Positions 54,386 through 64,000 of a DNA stretch of 64,000 nt are shown here, piece by piece; the stretch's first letter is position 1, and every line of letters starts with the position of its first letter. The translations under genes and the position numbers were made by a program. The notes beneath the pieces are model-generated. The model was not told where the DNA came from. It was given only the letters and a program-made list of their open reading frames with translations, and did no database searches. The stretch is from assembly GCA_964016885.1 (NCBI GenBank), contig OZ024743.1, positions 332,134,001 to 332,198,000 of the forward strand, read 5' to 3'. This stretch comes from Eledone cirrhosa (taxonomy: Eukaryota).

Positions 54386-54545
54386 TGATGGTGGTGGTAA
54401 GAGTGGTGGTGGTGACAGTGGTGGTGGTGACAGTGGTGGTGGTGGCAGTGGTGGTGGTGGCAGTGACAGTGGTGGTGGTGGTGGTGGCAGTGGTGGTGGT
54501 GACAGTGGAGGTGAGGGTGGTGGCAACAGCTGTGGTAGTGGTGAT
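54385..54545. repeat. (GTG)n tract
   Basis: Direct sequence. Confidence 0.9.
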
Positions 54546-55014
54546 GTTGTTAGAGAGGGGGATGATATATCAGTAAGAGCTCCTTTGTCATAAACACCTG
54601 TTGTTTTTGTAACACAAACACAGAGAGGGAGGGGAAAGATGAGTGAGAGAGGGATGAGAGTGGAGGAGTGGGTTGGATGAGGGGAAGATAGGGATAGAAT
54701 GGGGGACTGGAGGTGGGGGGGGGGGGTTAGAGGAGGGGGGATGGTAAAAAAGAGTGAGAGGGTAAGAGGGAGCTAGGGTGAAAGAGGGAGGGAAGAGAGA
54801 GTGGACAGACAGATTGAAAGACCAATAGTCCAACAGAGAGAGAGAGAGTGAGAGAGAAAGTATGTAAACAAAAGAGAAAAGGTAAAAGTCCCCAGCTTAT
54901 GTCAAGAGTTATCTAGAGAGAAACCAGCAGTGAGATAGAAATCAATGACTAGACTGGGTTGGAATCAATATATTTGGCTGAGATGATTGGTCTGGGGCTA
55001 CAGAATATAGTAAG

Positions 55015-55740
55015 ATGGTGGTAAGGTTGGTGGTGGTAGTGGTGGTAGGTGATGGTGGTGGTGGTGTTGGTGGTGGTAGTAGTGGTGGTGGTATTGGTGG
55101 TGGTAGTGGTGGTGGTGGTGGTGGTGGTGGTGGTGGTAGTGGTGGTGGTGGTGCTGATGGTGGTGCTTGTGGTGGTGGTAGGTGATGGTGGTGGTAGTGG
55201 TGGTGCTTGTGGTGGTGTTGATAGTGGTTGTGGTGCTGATAGTGGTAGGTGGTGTTGGTGGTGGTGGTGGTGGTGGTGCTGATGGTGGTGCTTGTGGTGG
55301 TTTTAGGTGGTGGTGGTGCTGATAGTGGTAGTTGGTGGTGTTGGTGGTGGTGTTGGTGGTTTTAGGTGGTGGTGGTGCTGATAGTGGTAGTTGGTAGTGG
55401 TGGTGTTGGTGGTGGTGGTAGTGGTGGTGGTGCTGATGGTGGTGCTTGTGGTGGTTTTAGGTGGTGGTGGTGCCGATAGTGGTAGTGGTGGTGGTGCTGA
55501 TGGTGGTGCTTGTGGTGGTTGTGGTGATGATAGTGGTAGGTGGTGGTAGTGGTGGTAGTGGTGGTGGTGATAGTGGCAATGATAATGGTGATGGTGGTAG
55601 GTGGTAGTGATGGTGATGGTGGCAGTGGTAGTTGTAGGTACTGGTGATAGTGGTGGTGATAGTGGCAGTGATGCTGGTGGTGGTGGGTGAAGGTGATGGC
55701 AGTAGTGCTGGTGGGGGTGTGGGGGCGGGGCGGGGGGGTT
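55015..55740. repeat. (GGT)n G-rich tract
   Basis: Direct sequence. Confidence 0.95.
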
Positions 55741-56210
55741 TCGGTGGTCTTTAATATAGTATAGAGGGGAACACTTTAAATAATCAGATATGTAAATATA
55801 AACTATATATAAAATATCTACATAGAGATATTTTGATGTGTGTTGTGTGTATGTGTGTCCTGCATGTATGTCGTGTGTGCTTGTGTGTGTCACCTGTGTG
55901 AATGTGTTGTGCATGTGTGTGTGTGTGTCATGTGTCACATTGTGTGTGTGTGTGTAATTATATATATATATATGTATAAAATAAACTACAGCCATCATTA
56001 ACAATCAAGTATGACTTGGTAATATGTACATCCAATAACATGGAAAAATGGACATAAAACAGTAATGATGATACATATTGTGTTCAGTAAAAGTTGTTTT
56101 GGTCAAAAACAGGAGTAAGCAGTAGAAAGGTCTCTACATTCCTAGTGTGTAGTTACAATGGAGTTTCAGTATGAGAATAACATTACAAAGGATGCTGATG
56201 TTACATAAGT

Positions 56211-56299
56211 CGTTTATCCATTATAATTATTTCAATGGTTCCCTTATACAATCTTGGATTGCATAAGGGAACCATTTAAATAATTATAATGAATAAACG
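56211..56299. repeat. AT-rich palindrome, 43-bp arms, 3-nt loop
   Basis: 56211-56253 / 56257-56299 with 3 mismatches. Confidence 0.85.
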
Positions 56300-56332
56300 T
56301 TATGTTATTCTTTTATTTATTTATATATATAT

Positions 56333-56489
56333 AGGTAAAATTCCATTATAATGAATACCATTATAGCAAATTTTTCAGTATAACAAACATTTTTTTCAAT
56401 CCCCAGGCATACACTCAATGTGTTAGGTCGATCTCGTTATAAAGAATTTTTCGTTACAACAAATGAACAACAAATGAATTTCATTGTAT
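56333..56489. mobile_element. Possible Tc1/pogo-type MITE remnant
   Basis: Left GGTAAAATTCCATT versus right AATGAATTTCATTGTA; internal (C)GTTATAA-type repeats; TA context. Confidence 0.35.
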
Positions 56490-56753
56490 GTATATGTCTG
56501 TGTGTGTGTGTTATATATATATATATATATATATCTATATCCAAAATTAAAATAAATTAAATGAATTTAATCTAAATCAAAATTATGGGTGTCATGCCAG
56601 AAAGACATGCGCCATATCACCCGGAAAATAAGCTCTAAGATTCTAACGAATCAACTTTATTTAGATACCTACCTAGCTATGTATGGTTGCACACTTGTAA
56701 AAATTATCTCCTGTGATTATTCATGTTTATATATATGTTAATCAATTTCTAGT

Positions 56754-56813
<60 letters not shown>

Positions 56814-57029
56814 CTAACCTGATGAGTTTTTTCGTTGTTTTTGGTATTGTGTCGCCTAGGTCTGCCTGCTGCAATTTTCAATTTGTCAAGCTGTCTAAAC
56901 GTATGTTATTACTCTAAGGGCCTACCTTATTGAGTGCTTTGTTGCTCGTTCCTAATAATAGGTCGTTTGCTTGGCCACAGCCAAAGCTTCGATTTTACTA
57001 AGCTTCCACTTGTATATGATATATATATA

Positions 57030-58650
57030 TCATCATCATCATCATCAACGTTTAACGTCCGTGTTCCACGCTTGCATGGGTTTGGACGGGGGTAGTCCCA
57101 CTTGAGGCAAGATTGATTTTCTTGTTCGCATAGGACTGTCTGGCAGGTTTTCTACAGTTGGATGCCCTTCCTAACACCAACCACATTTACAGTGTGGGTC
57201 TGGGAGGTTTTTACCGTGTTGCCTACACGGCCACATTACAGCGTGGACTGTGTGTTTTTTTGTCGTGACACCTACACGATCTCATTTGTTTCGGCCTGGA
57301 TGGCGCGGCACCAACATAACTTTACATAGAACGGGGTGGTGTGGATGGGGTGGGGGTGGTGTGGATGGGGTGGGGGTGGTGGTGGTGGGACGGGGTGTAT
57401 TTTGTTAGAGATGCCTACTGGCAAGGCGGGTCTTCTCTATTACTGAGTACCGCCAAAGGTCTCGGTCCAGTGACATTGTCTTGGTGAGGTGTAAGTGTGT
57501 GAGGTCGGAGTTTATCAGCTCGTCCCAGGTTTTTCTGGGTCTGCCTATTCCGTGGCTACCGTCTATCTTTATTGCCCTGCACTTAGTTATACAGCTATCA
57601 TCCTTCATGCGCATCACGTGACCATACCAACGTAGCCTTCTCTCTAGTAAACAACATCTGATCCCTCTTATTTCTAATTTTTTCCTTAGTTCGTTTATGC
57701 TTTGTCGTTCACGTATATTACTATTACACATCCAGCGGAGCATGCAAGCTTCGTTTCTCTCTAGTCTGCGTATATCCTCTGCACACAATGCCCAGGTCTC
57801 ACTGCCATGCAACATTGCTGTTCGTATGCAGGCATCGTACAGCCTGCCTTTCATTTTTAGGGAGAACCCTTTAGCGGCTAATAGTGGTATAAGCTCTCTG
57901 AACTTTTTCCACCCAGTTCTGACTCTAGCTACTGTACTTTCAGAGCACCCTCCCCCACTGCTGATTTTGTCACCCAGGTAACGGAAGCTGTCCACTATTT
58001 CTATAGAACCCTCTGCGCAGTTGAAAGAGCTAGTATGTTGTGGGCACTTGCTGCTACTTATATCCCCAGAACACCGGCCACATGTAAAATCTATGTTCTT
58101 AGTTAGCTTACCTGTGATCCCACTACATCTTTTATGCACCCAAACTTTGCATTTGGGACACAAAATGGAATTTCTGCCTACGCCTTTCCTACACTCTGCG
58201 CATGGCCACTTCCCGGAGGGGACCGCCGCCTTATTTTCTTTCTTACAAACTAGAACTTTAGTCTTAGCTAGGTTAATTTTAAGGCCTTTTGATTCTAGGC
58301 CGTGCTTCCATGTTTGGAATTTCTTCTCTAGCTCGGCCATTGATTCATCTATGAGCGTTAGATCATCTGCGTATAGGAGTTCCCATGGGCAACCGGTCTT
58401 GAACTCCACTGTTATAGCCTGGAGGGCAATAATAAATAGTAGGGGGCTAAGAACAGAGCCCTGATGAACACCAACTTTTACACTAAACTCTTCACTATAT
58501 TCGTTGTTAATTCTAACCTTGCTAACTGTTTCTTTATACATGGCTTGTATAGCTCTCACAAGCCATTCATCAACACCTAGTTTTCTAAGAGCCCACCAGA
58601 TAATGGAACGGGGGACTCTGTCGAAGGCCTTCTCCAAGTCGACGAAAGCT
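57030..58650 (-). mobile_element. 5'-truncated RTE-clade LINE
   Basis: Tail (GAT)n at 57030-57047, 3' UTR, open ORF. Truncated at AFVDLEKAFD. (TA)n on both sides. Same subfamily as 47569-49060. Confidence 0.98.
57405..58650 (-). CDS. Uninterrupted partial RTE ORF: reverse transcriptase (DLEKAFD, GVHQGSVLSP, LLYADD, FRYLG) with C4HC3 PHD-like insertion
   Basis: 410-aa ORF-track entry 57405-58637. N-terminally truncated with no true start codon, so unlikely to be expressed. Confidence 0.85.
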
Positions 58651-58663
58651 ATATATATATATT

Positions 58664-58864
58664 TATTTAATATAGAAAAGGCTTCTACAGGACTAGAACT
58701 GTTTCATTCAGGAGAAATCATCAGGAAGCCGCTTGATGATTTCTCCCGAATGAAACAGTTCTAGTCATGTAGAAGCCTTTTCTATATTAAATATTTATAC
58801 TCTGCTTTGTATTGAGTACCTTACTTAGTGTGGCTACCCTCGATTGAACCCGGGATAAACTTCT
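58664..58864. mobile_element. Palindromic hammerhead-bearing element in (TA)n; Penelope-like
   Basis: Arms 58664-58725 / 58732-58793 (62 bp, 3 mismatches), single-copy tail with GTATTGAGTAC, (TA)n on both sides. Confidence 0.75.
58680..58730 (-). ncRNA. Type I hammerhead ribozyme motif
   Basis: GGCUUC-CUGAUGA-U.UUC-UCCU-GAA.U-GAAA-CAG-UUCUAGUC-CUG-UA^GAAGCC: 6-bp stem I, intact core, short stem II (U.U at 10.1/11.1), stem III, GUA cleavage triplet. Confidence 0.75.
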
Positions 58865-58916
58865 ATATATATGTGTGTGTATATATGTATGTATATATGT
58901 GTGTATATATATATAT

Positions 58917-59328
58917 CTGGGAGAGATGACCCCTTAGCCTTTGTCAAGGCAGAATTCTAGGAGAAGGAAAACTCTGATATAACACCTGCAACCCTGATGG
59001 TATCCAATGATGTTGACTTGTTCTTCTTTTTGGTAAATATCATCTTGGTTAAGAGAGTGGGACTGGCTTTGTGCAGTGCCTTTGCCCACTATAAAAGCTT
59101 CACGGCACAGGCATTGCTTTATATCTGGAGATCTCTCTGCACTTGTCGTCACATGGTACCAAAGGCAAAGCACTATGTGTCAATAATTGTCACAAGTGTA
59201 GTGTTTGTACCAGAGTTTTCAAGTCGCTGGCTGGACTAAAAAGTCACACTCGTTCAGCGCATCAGTAGGGGTTCTCCTACATGGATATAAAGTAGTGGCC
59301 GTACTCGAAAACGAGTTGGCAGCCACCA
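58917..59328 (+). mobile_element. Bipartite non-autonomous RTE-derived element (5' UTR + 3' end)
   Basis: TAGGAGAAGGAAAACTCTG RTE 5'-UTR-like motif; terminal C2H2 finger remnant [25 protein letters not shown]; 3' stem-loop GTGGC..CTCG-AAAA-CGAG..GCCAC; (TA)n flanks. Confidence 0.65.
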
Positions 59329-59364
59329 TATATATATATATATATGTGTGTGTTTGTGTGTGTG

Positions 59365-59395
<31 letters not shown>

Positions 59396-59410
59396 GTGTG
59401 TTTGTGTGTG

Positions 59411-59443
<33 letters not shown>

Positions 59444-59458
59444 GTGTGTTTGTGTGTG

Positions 59459-59501
<43 letters not shown>

Positions 59502-59502
59502 G

Positions 59503-59555
<53 letters not shown>

Positions 59556-59567
59556 GTGTATATATAG

Positions 59568-59655
<88 letters not shown>

Positions 59656-59662
59656 GTATATA
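59329..59662. repeat. (TA)n/(TG)n compound microsatellite
   Basis: Direct sequence. Confidence 0.95.
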
Positions 59663-62600
59663 TCGGTTAGTTAGCCTGTTAGCCTTGACGGCGACCCCCC
59701 TCTCTCTATCTCTCTTTATGATGGCTACCCTATCTCTATCTATCTCTAAGCCACCCTTTACCTCCTGTTCCCCTTTCGCCCATTCCACCTCACTCATCTT
59801 GAAGCTATTGAAGAGATAAGACACTTTATCCTATCGGGCTAAAATGAATCACTAGAGTTGATTTGGATTCGTTCCAGCCACCCATCCATACAAATTTTTC
59901 GAAGGTATCTAGATCTTATGACGCTATTATTATTATTAATATTATGGTGCTGTATTATTTCGGCTATTTGCCACGCGGTATTCTATTCTATCGGTTAGTT
60001 AGTCTGTTAGCCTTGACGGCGACCCTCAGTGCCTACCTCACAATTTCCCTCCCACCACCATAGCCTATTCGACCAATCAAACCTCAGCATGCCATTTCTT
60101 CTGCTGCTACTACTACTACTACCTAACTAACTCTCTCCTCCCCTGTCGCAGCCCAACACACCCTGCCATTATCCCACCACCACTGTTCTTCTAGCCCTCA
60201 ATTTTCTCACGTTATGGATGGATGAGCTGAGAATAAATTTGAGCAACTCTGAATCAATAGATGAAATATGAATCTGCGAGCTACCAAGCACCCATGTGAA
60301 GCGCCAACCCAGAGACCCTTTCCTACGAATGTCGACAAAAGCCCAAAACTCCGAGTTGGTACCATCAATGTAGGCTCAATGAAAGGAAGAGCAGGAGAAA
60401 TCGTAGAAATGCTAGAGCGAAAGGAAATTGATGTATGCTGTGTGCAAGAGACTTGATGGAGAGGAGAGTCTGCCAGAGTCCTTGTAGGAAAAAGTCGGTG
60501 CTACAAACTTTTCTGGGTGGGAAATGACGACGGGATGGGTGGTGTAGGTATACTACTAGCTGACAAGTGGGTAGTTAAAGTAATCTCAGTGTACAGAGTA
60601 AATGCAAGAATCCTTAAACTCAGACTAGTCCTGAATAAAACAATTACCACAATAATATCAGCTTACGCACCCCAATCGGGGCTGCCAGACAAACTTAAGG
60701 ATAGGTTTTACGAGTCCCTAATGCACACTACTGCTCTAACAGACAACAATGACTTCCTAATCATCGCAGGAGATTTTAACGGACACGTAGGTAAACACTG
60801 CGACGGCTTCAATAGAGTACATGGAGGCCATGGGGTTGGCACAAGAAATGAGGAAGGATTCAGACTTCTAAAATTCTGCGACGCCAATGACATGTCGATA
60901 TGTAACACAAACTTTAAAAAACCCGACAACCACCTGATCACCTATAGATCAGGGGAGCACTCCAGTCAGATAGATTTTATCCTCATCAGAGGACGTGACA
61001 GATGGACGGTCGTAAACACAAAAGCCTTCCCTAGTGAGGAATGTACATCCCAACATAGCTTAGTTGTCAGCGACCTCACAGTCAGAACTAGACGAACCTG
61101 GAAACAGAGGCCAACCTGGAGGAGAAAGATCTGGAAGCTGAAAGTCCCCTCAACCAGTAACAGATTTAAAGATATTTTACTCAATGCCTACGACAGTAAA
61201 GAAGAACAGATAGAGACATTCAATGTAGAAGAGAACTGGGAGTTCCTAAAAAATAATTTACTAGAGGCGACGGATGAGGTCTGTGGCTGGAGTAAGACCT
61301 CAAGCAGGAGGAGAGTGACTTGGTGGTGGAACAATAAGGTAGATGAAGCAGTTAAGGCCAAGAGACAGGCATGGAAAGAATGGAAGAACGGGGGGAGCAG
61401 GGTACATTACATAGAGACCAAGAGGGAAGCTAGGCGACAAGTATACTTAGCTAGGAGGGAAGCAGAGGATAGAAAATTCAAGCATGTTTTGCAACGTGAG
61501 GACCAGAAACAAGAGGTGTTCAAGATTGCGAGGCAGTGTCTCAGAGATAGTTGTGATGTCATTGGAGAGAAGTGTATCCGGAATGATAAAGGTGAGCTTG
61601 CCCTCACAAGTGCTGAGAAGAAAGATGCATGGAAGAGTCATTATGATAGATTACTAAATGAGGAGAATGCATGGGAAGTAGAGACCCTACCCCAAGTAGA
61701 CCCTCTAGAGGGGCCAGCAGTACAAGTAAGCAGCAACGTAGTAAGGCAATCAAAGATATGAAGATGGGGAAGGCAACCGGTCCATCGGGTATAGCTGCTG
61801 AGATGCTGAAGGCATCTGGGTCTGTAGGTCACACTATAACCACACGTATTGTTAACCAGGTAATACTAGGTGTCATACCAAAAGATTGGTGCAGTAGCAT
61901 CATTGTCAACTGCTACAAAGGTAAAGGCGATGCACTAGATAGAGGAAACTATAGAGGTATAAAGTTGATAGACCAGGTCATGAAAGTAACAGAAAGAGTT
62001 ATAGCACAGTTGATTAGGGACCGGGTGAAAATAGACGAGATGCAATTTGGGTTTGTACCAGGAAGAGTCACCACTGATGCCCTCTTCCTTGTGAGGCAGT
62101 TACAGGAAAAGTACCTAGCTAAAAGTAAGCCACTCTACTTGGCATTTGTTGACCTTGAGAAAGCCTTTGACAGAGTTCCACGTGCTGTAATCTGGTGGGC
62201 TCTTAGAAAACTAGGAGTAGATGAATGGCTTGTGAAAGCGGTACAAGCCATGTATAGGGGAGCAGTCAGCAAAGTTAGGATTAGCAATGAGTATAGCGAG
62301 GAATTTAGCGTACAGGTTGAGGTCCACCAGGGCTCTGTTCTTAGCCCCCACCTGTTCATCCTAGTCCTGCAGACAATAACGTAGGAGTTTAAGACCGGAT
62401 GCTGATGACCTCGCACTCATAGCTGAATCTATGGTAGAACTAGAGAATAAATTCCAAACTTGTAAGCAGGGACTAGAAAGAAAGGGTCTCAAAGTCAACA
62501 TTCCTCAGGGAAATGGCCTTGCTCAGTATGTAGGAAAGGTGTAGGTAGGAACTCCATTCTTTGCCCCAAATGCAAACAATGGGTACACAAGAGATGTAGC

Positions 62601-63607
62601 GGGATCTCAGGAAGCTTAATTAAGAATGTAGGCTTCACATGCAGCAGCTGTGCTGGGACAGCAAGCAGCAAACAGCCACAGGAAACAAGTACCACCAATC
62701 TCTGGGAGGGCTCTGTAGAAACAGTAGACAGCTTCTGCTACCTAGGTGACCGAATTAGCAGCGGAGATGGGTGTTCAGAAAGTACAATAACTAGGGTAAG
62801 AACGGGATGGAAGAAGTTTAGGGAACTACTACCACTGCTAGCTGCAAAAGGCTTCTCCCTCAGAATGAAAGGCAGACTGTATGATGCGTGCATCCGAACA
62901 GCAATGTTGGATGGTAGTGAGACCTGGGCACTGAAGGTGGAAGACTTACGTAGATTAGAGAGAAACGAAGCCTGCATGCTCCGATGGATGTGTAACAGTA
63001 ATATACGTGAACGACAAAGCATAAATGAATTGAGAGAGAGACTGAGCATAAGAGGAATCAAATGCTGTGTGCAGGAGAGGCGGTTGCGCTGGTATGGACA
63101 TGTGATACGTATGAAGGATGACAGCTGCATAAAAAGGTGCAGAGCACTAGAAGTCGATGGAAACCGCGGAGTGGGGAGACCCAAGATGACCTGGGATGAG
63201 GTGATAAAAGCCGACCTTACCCAATTACACCTCTCAAAGGCGATGACACACGACCGTGACCACTGGCGTCACGCAGTAATACAGAGTACCCGACCTCCCA
63301 TGGATACAAGCTGAAGCATATAGACAATATGCCCCCACCGCAAGGTGGTCGTGGAGGTGCCACGGCAAAAAAGCACCCAGCCCACACTGTAAAGTGGACG
63401 TGTAGGCGCCACGAAAAAGCACCCAGCACTCACTGTAAATGAGGTTGGTGTTAGGAAGGGCATCCAGCTGTAGAAATCAAGCCAGATCAGTTCCTGTATG
63501 AGCAATGCATGGTCAGCCGACCAGACACTGCCCACAACAGGACAACCCGTCTAACCCATGCTAGCGTGGAAGAACGGACGTAAAACGGTGATGATGATGA
63601 TGATGAT
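59663..63607 (+). mobile_element. Near full-length RTE-clade LINE
   Basis: 5' UTR, single APE-RT ORF, 3' UTR and (GAT)n tail, between TA-rich microsatellites. The 5' end is at 59663 or 59991. Confidence 0.95.
60268..63314 (+). pseudogene. Disrupted APE endonuclease-reverse transcriptase polyprotein
   Basis: APE motifs GTINV, CVQET, GGVGI, SAYAP, GDFNGH, QIDFI; RT motifs NYRGI, QFGF, DLEKAFD, HQGSVLSP, FCYLG. Stops at 60454-60456 and 62382-62384, frameshift ~61745, deletions at ~62400 (removes PWELLY) and ~62500. Confidence 0.97.
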
Positions 63608-63678
63608 ATACATACATATATAGATATATGTATACATACATACATATATATATATACATACATATATACACATACATA

Positions 63679-63716
<38 letters not shown>

Positions 63717-63780
63717 CACACATATATATACACACATATATATACACACACACATATATATATATACATACATACGTACA

Positions 63781-63844
<64 letters not shown>
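63608..63844. repeat. (TA)n/(TACA)n microsatellite
   Basis: Direct sequence. Confidence 0.95.
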
Positions 63845-63845
<1 letters not shown>

Positions 63846-64000
63846 GGTGGCTGCCAACTCGTTTTCGAGTACGGCCACTACTTTATATCCATGTAGGAAA
63901 ACCCCTACCGATGCGCTGAACGAGTGTGACTTTTTAGTCCAGCCAGCGACTTGAAAACTCTGGTACAAACACTACACTTGTGACAATTATTGACACATAG
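63845..64000 (-). mobile_element. Second, inverted copy of the bipartite RTE-derived element (runs off window)
   Basis: Reverse complement of 59173-59328 with 2 mismatches in 156 bp. Confidence 0.9.

Noticed and set aside
54385-56004. Val-rich or Thr/Pro/His-rich ORFs
   Set aside because: (GGT)n low-complexity sequence.
56811-56870. Complete hammerhead at CTGATGAG (56819)
   Set aside because: No downstream GAAA or stem III; kept only as a possible remnant.
59190-59270. Host C2H2 zinc-finger gene exon
   Set aside because: A single finger followed by a stop, stem-loop and TA tail, duplicated in inverted form; fits an RTE C-terminus.
60268-63314. Active LINE or domesticated RT gene
   Set aside because: Two stops, a frameshift and a deletion at the catalytic YADD motif.

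Overview
Eukaryotic, AT-rich, gene-free repeat region. The repeat families and microsatellite load resemble a mollusc/cephalopod genome such as Octopus (inference). Bases 1-~37.7 kb are one head-to-tail array of a 40-bp satellite (~940 monomers, left end outside the window) with irregular kb-scale higher-order duplications and a degenerating right edge. Bases 37.7-64 kb are a transposon graveyard: one near full-length, disrupted RTE-clade LINE (APE + RT with an embedded PHD-like finger), two 5'-truncated relatives, small RTE/Rex3/CRE/Tx1 fragments, tRNA-derived SINEs, MITE-like remnants, 48-bp and 60-bp minisatellites, and (TA)n/(GTG)n/(AG)n tracts. Best second-look items: (i) short palindromic elements in or next to (TA)n tracts that carry hammerhead-ribozyme motifs, one nearly canonical (58680-58730, minus strand), probably Penelope-like remnants; (ii) two long near-identical inverted repeats, each enclosing an RTE copy; (iii) tandem repeats apparently born from the RTE 3' UTR, possibly including the 40-bp satellite. 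No host protein-coding gene is supported. All alignments were done by eye.
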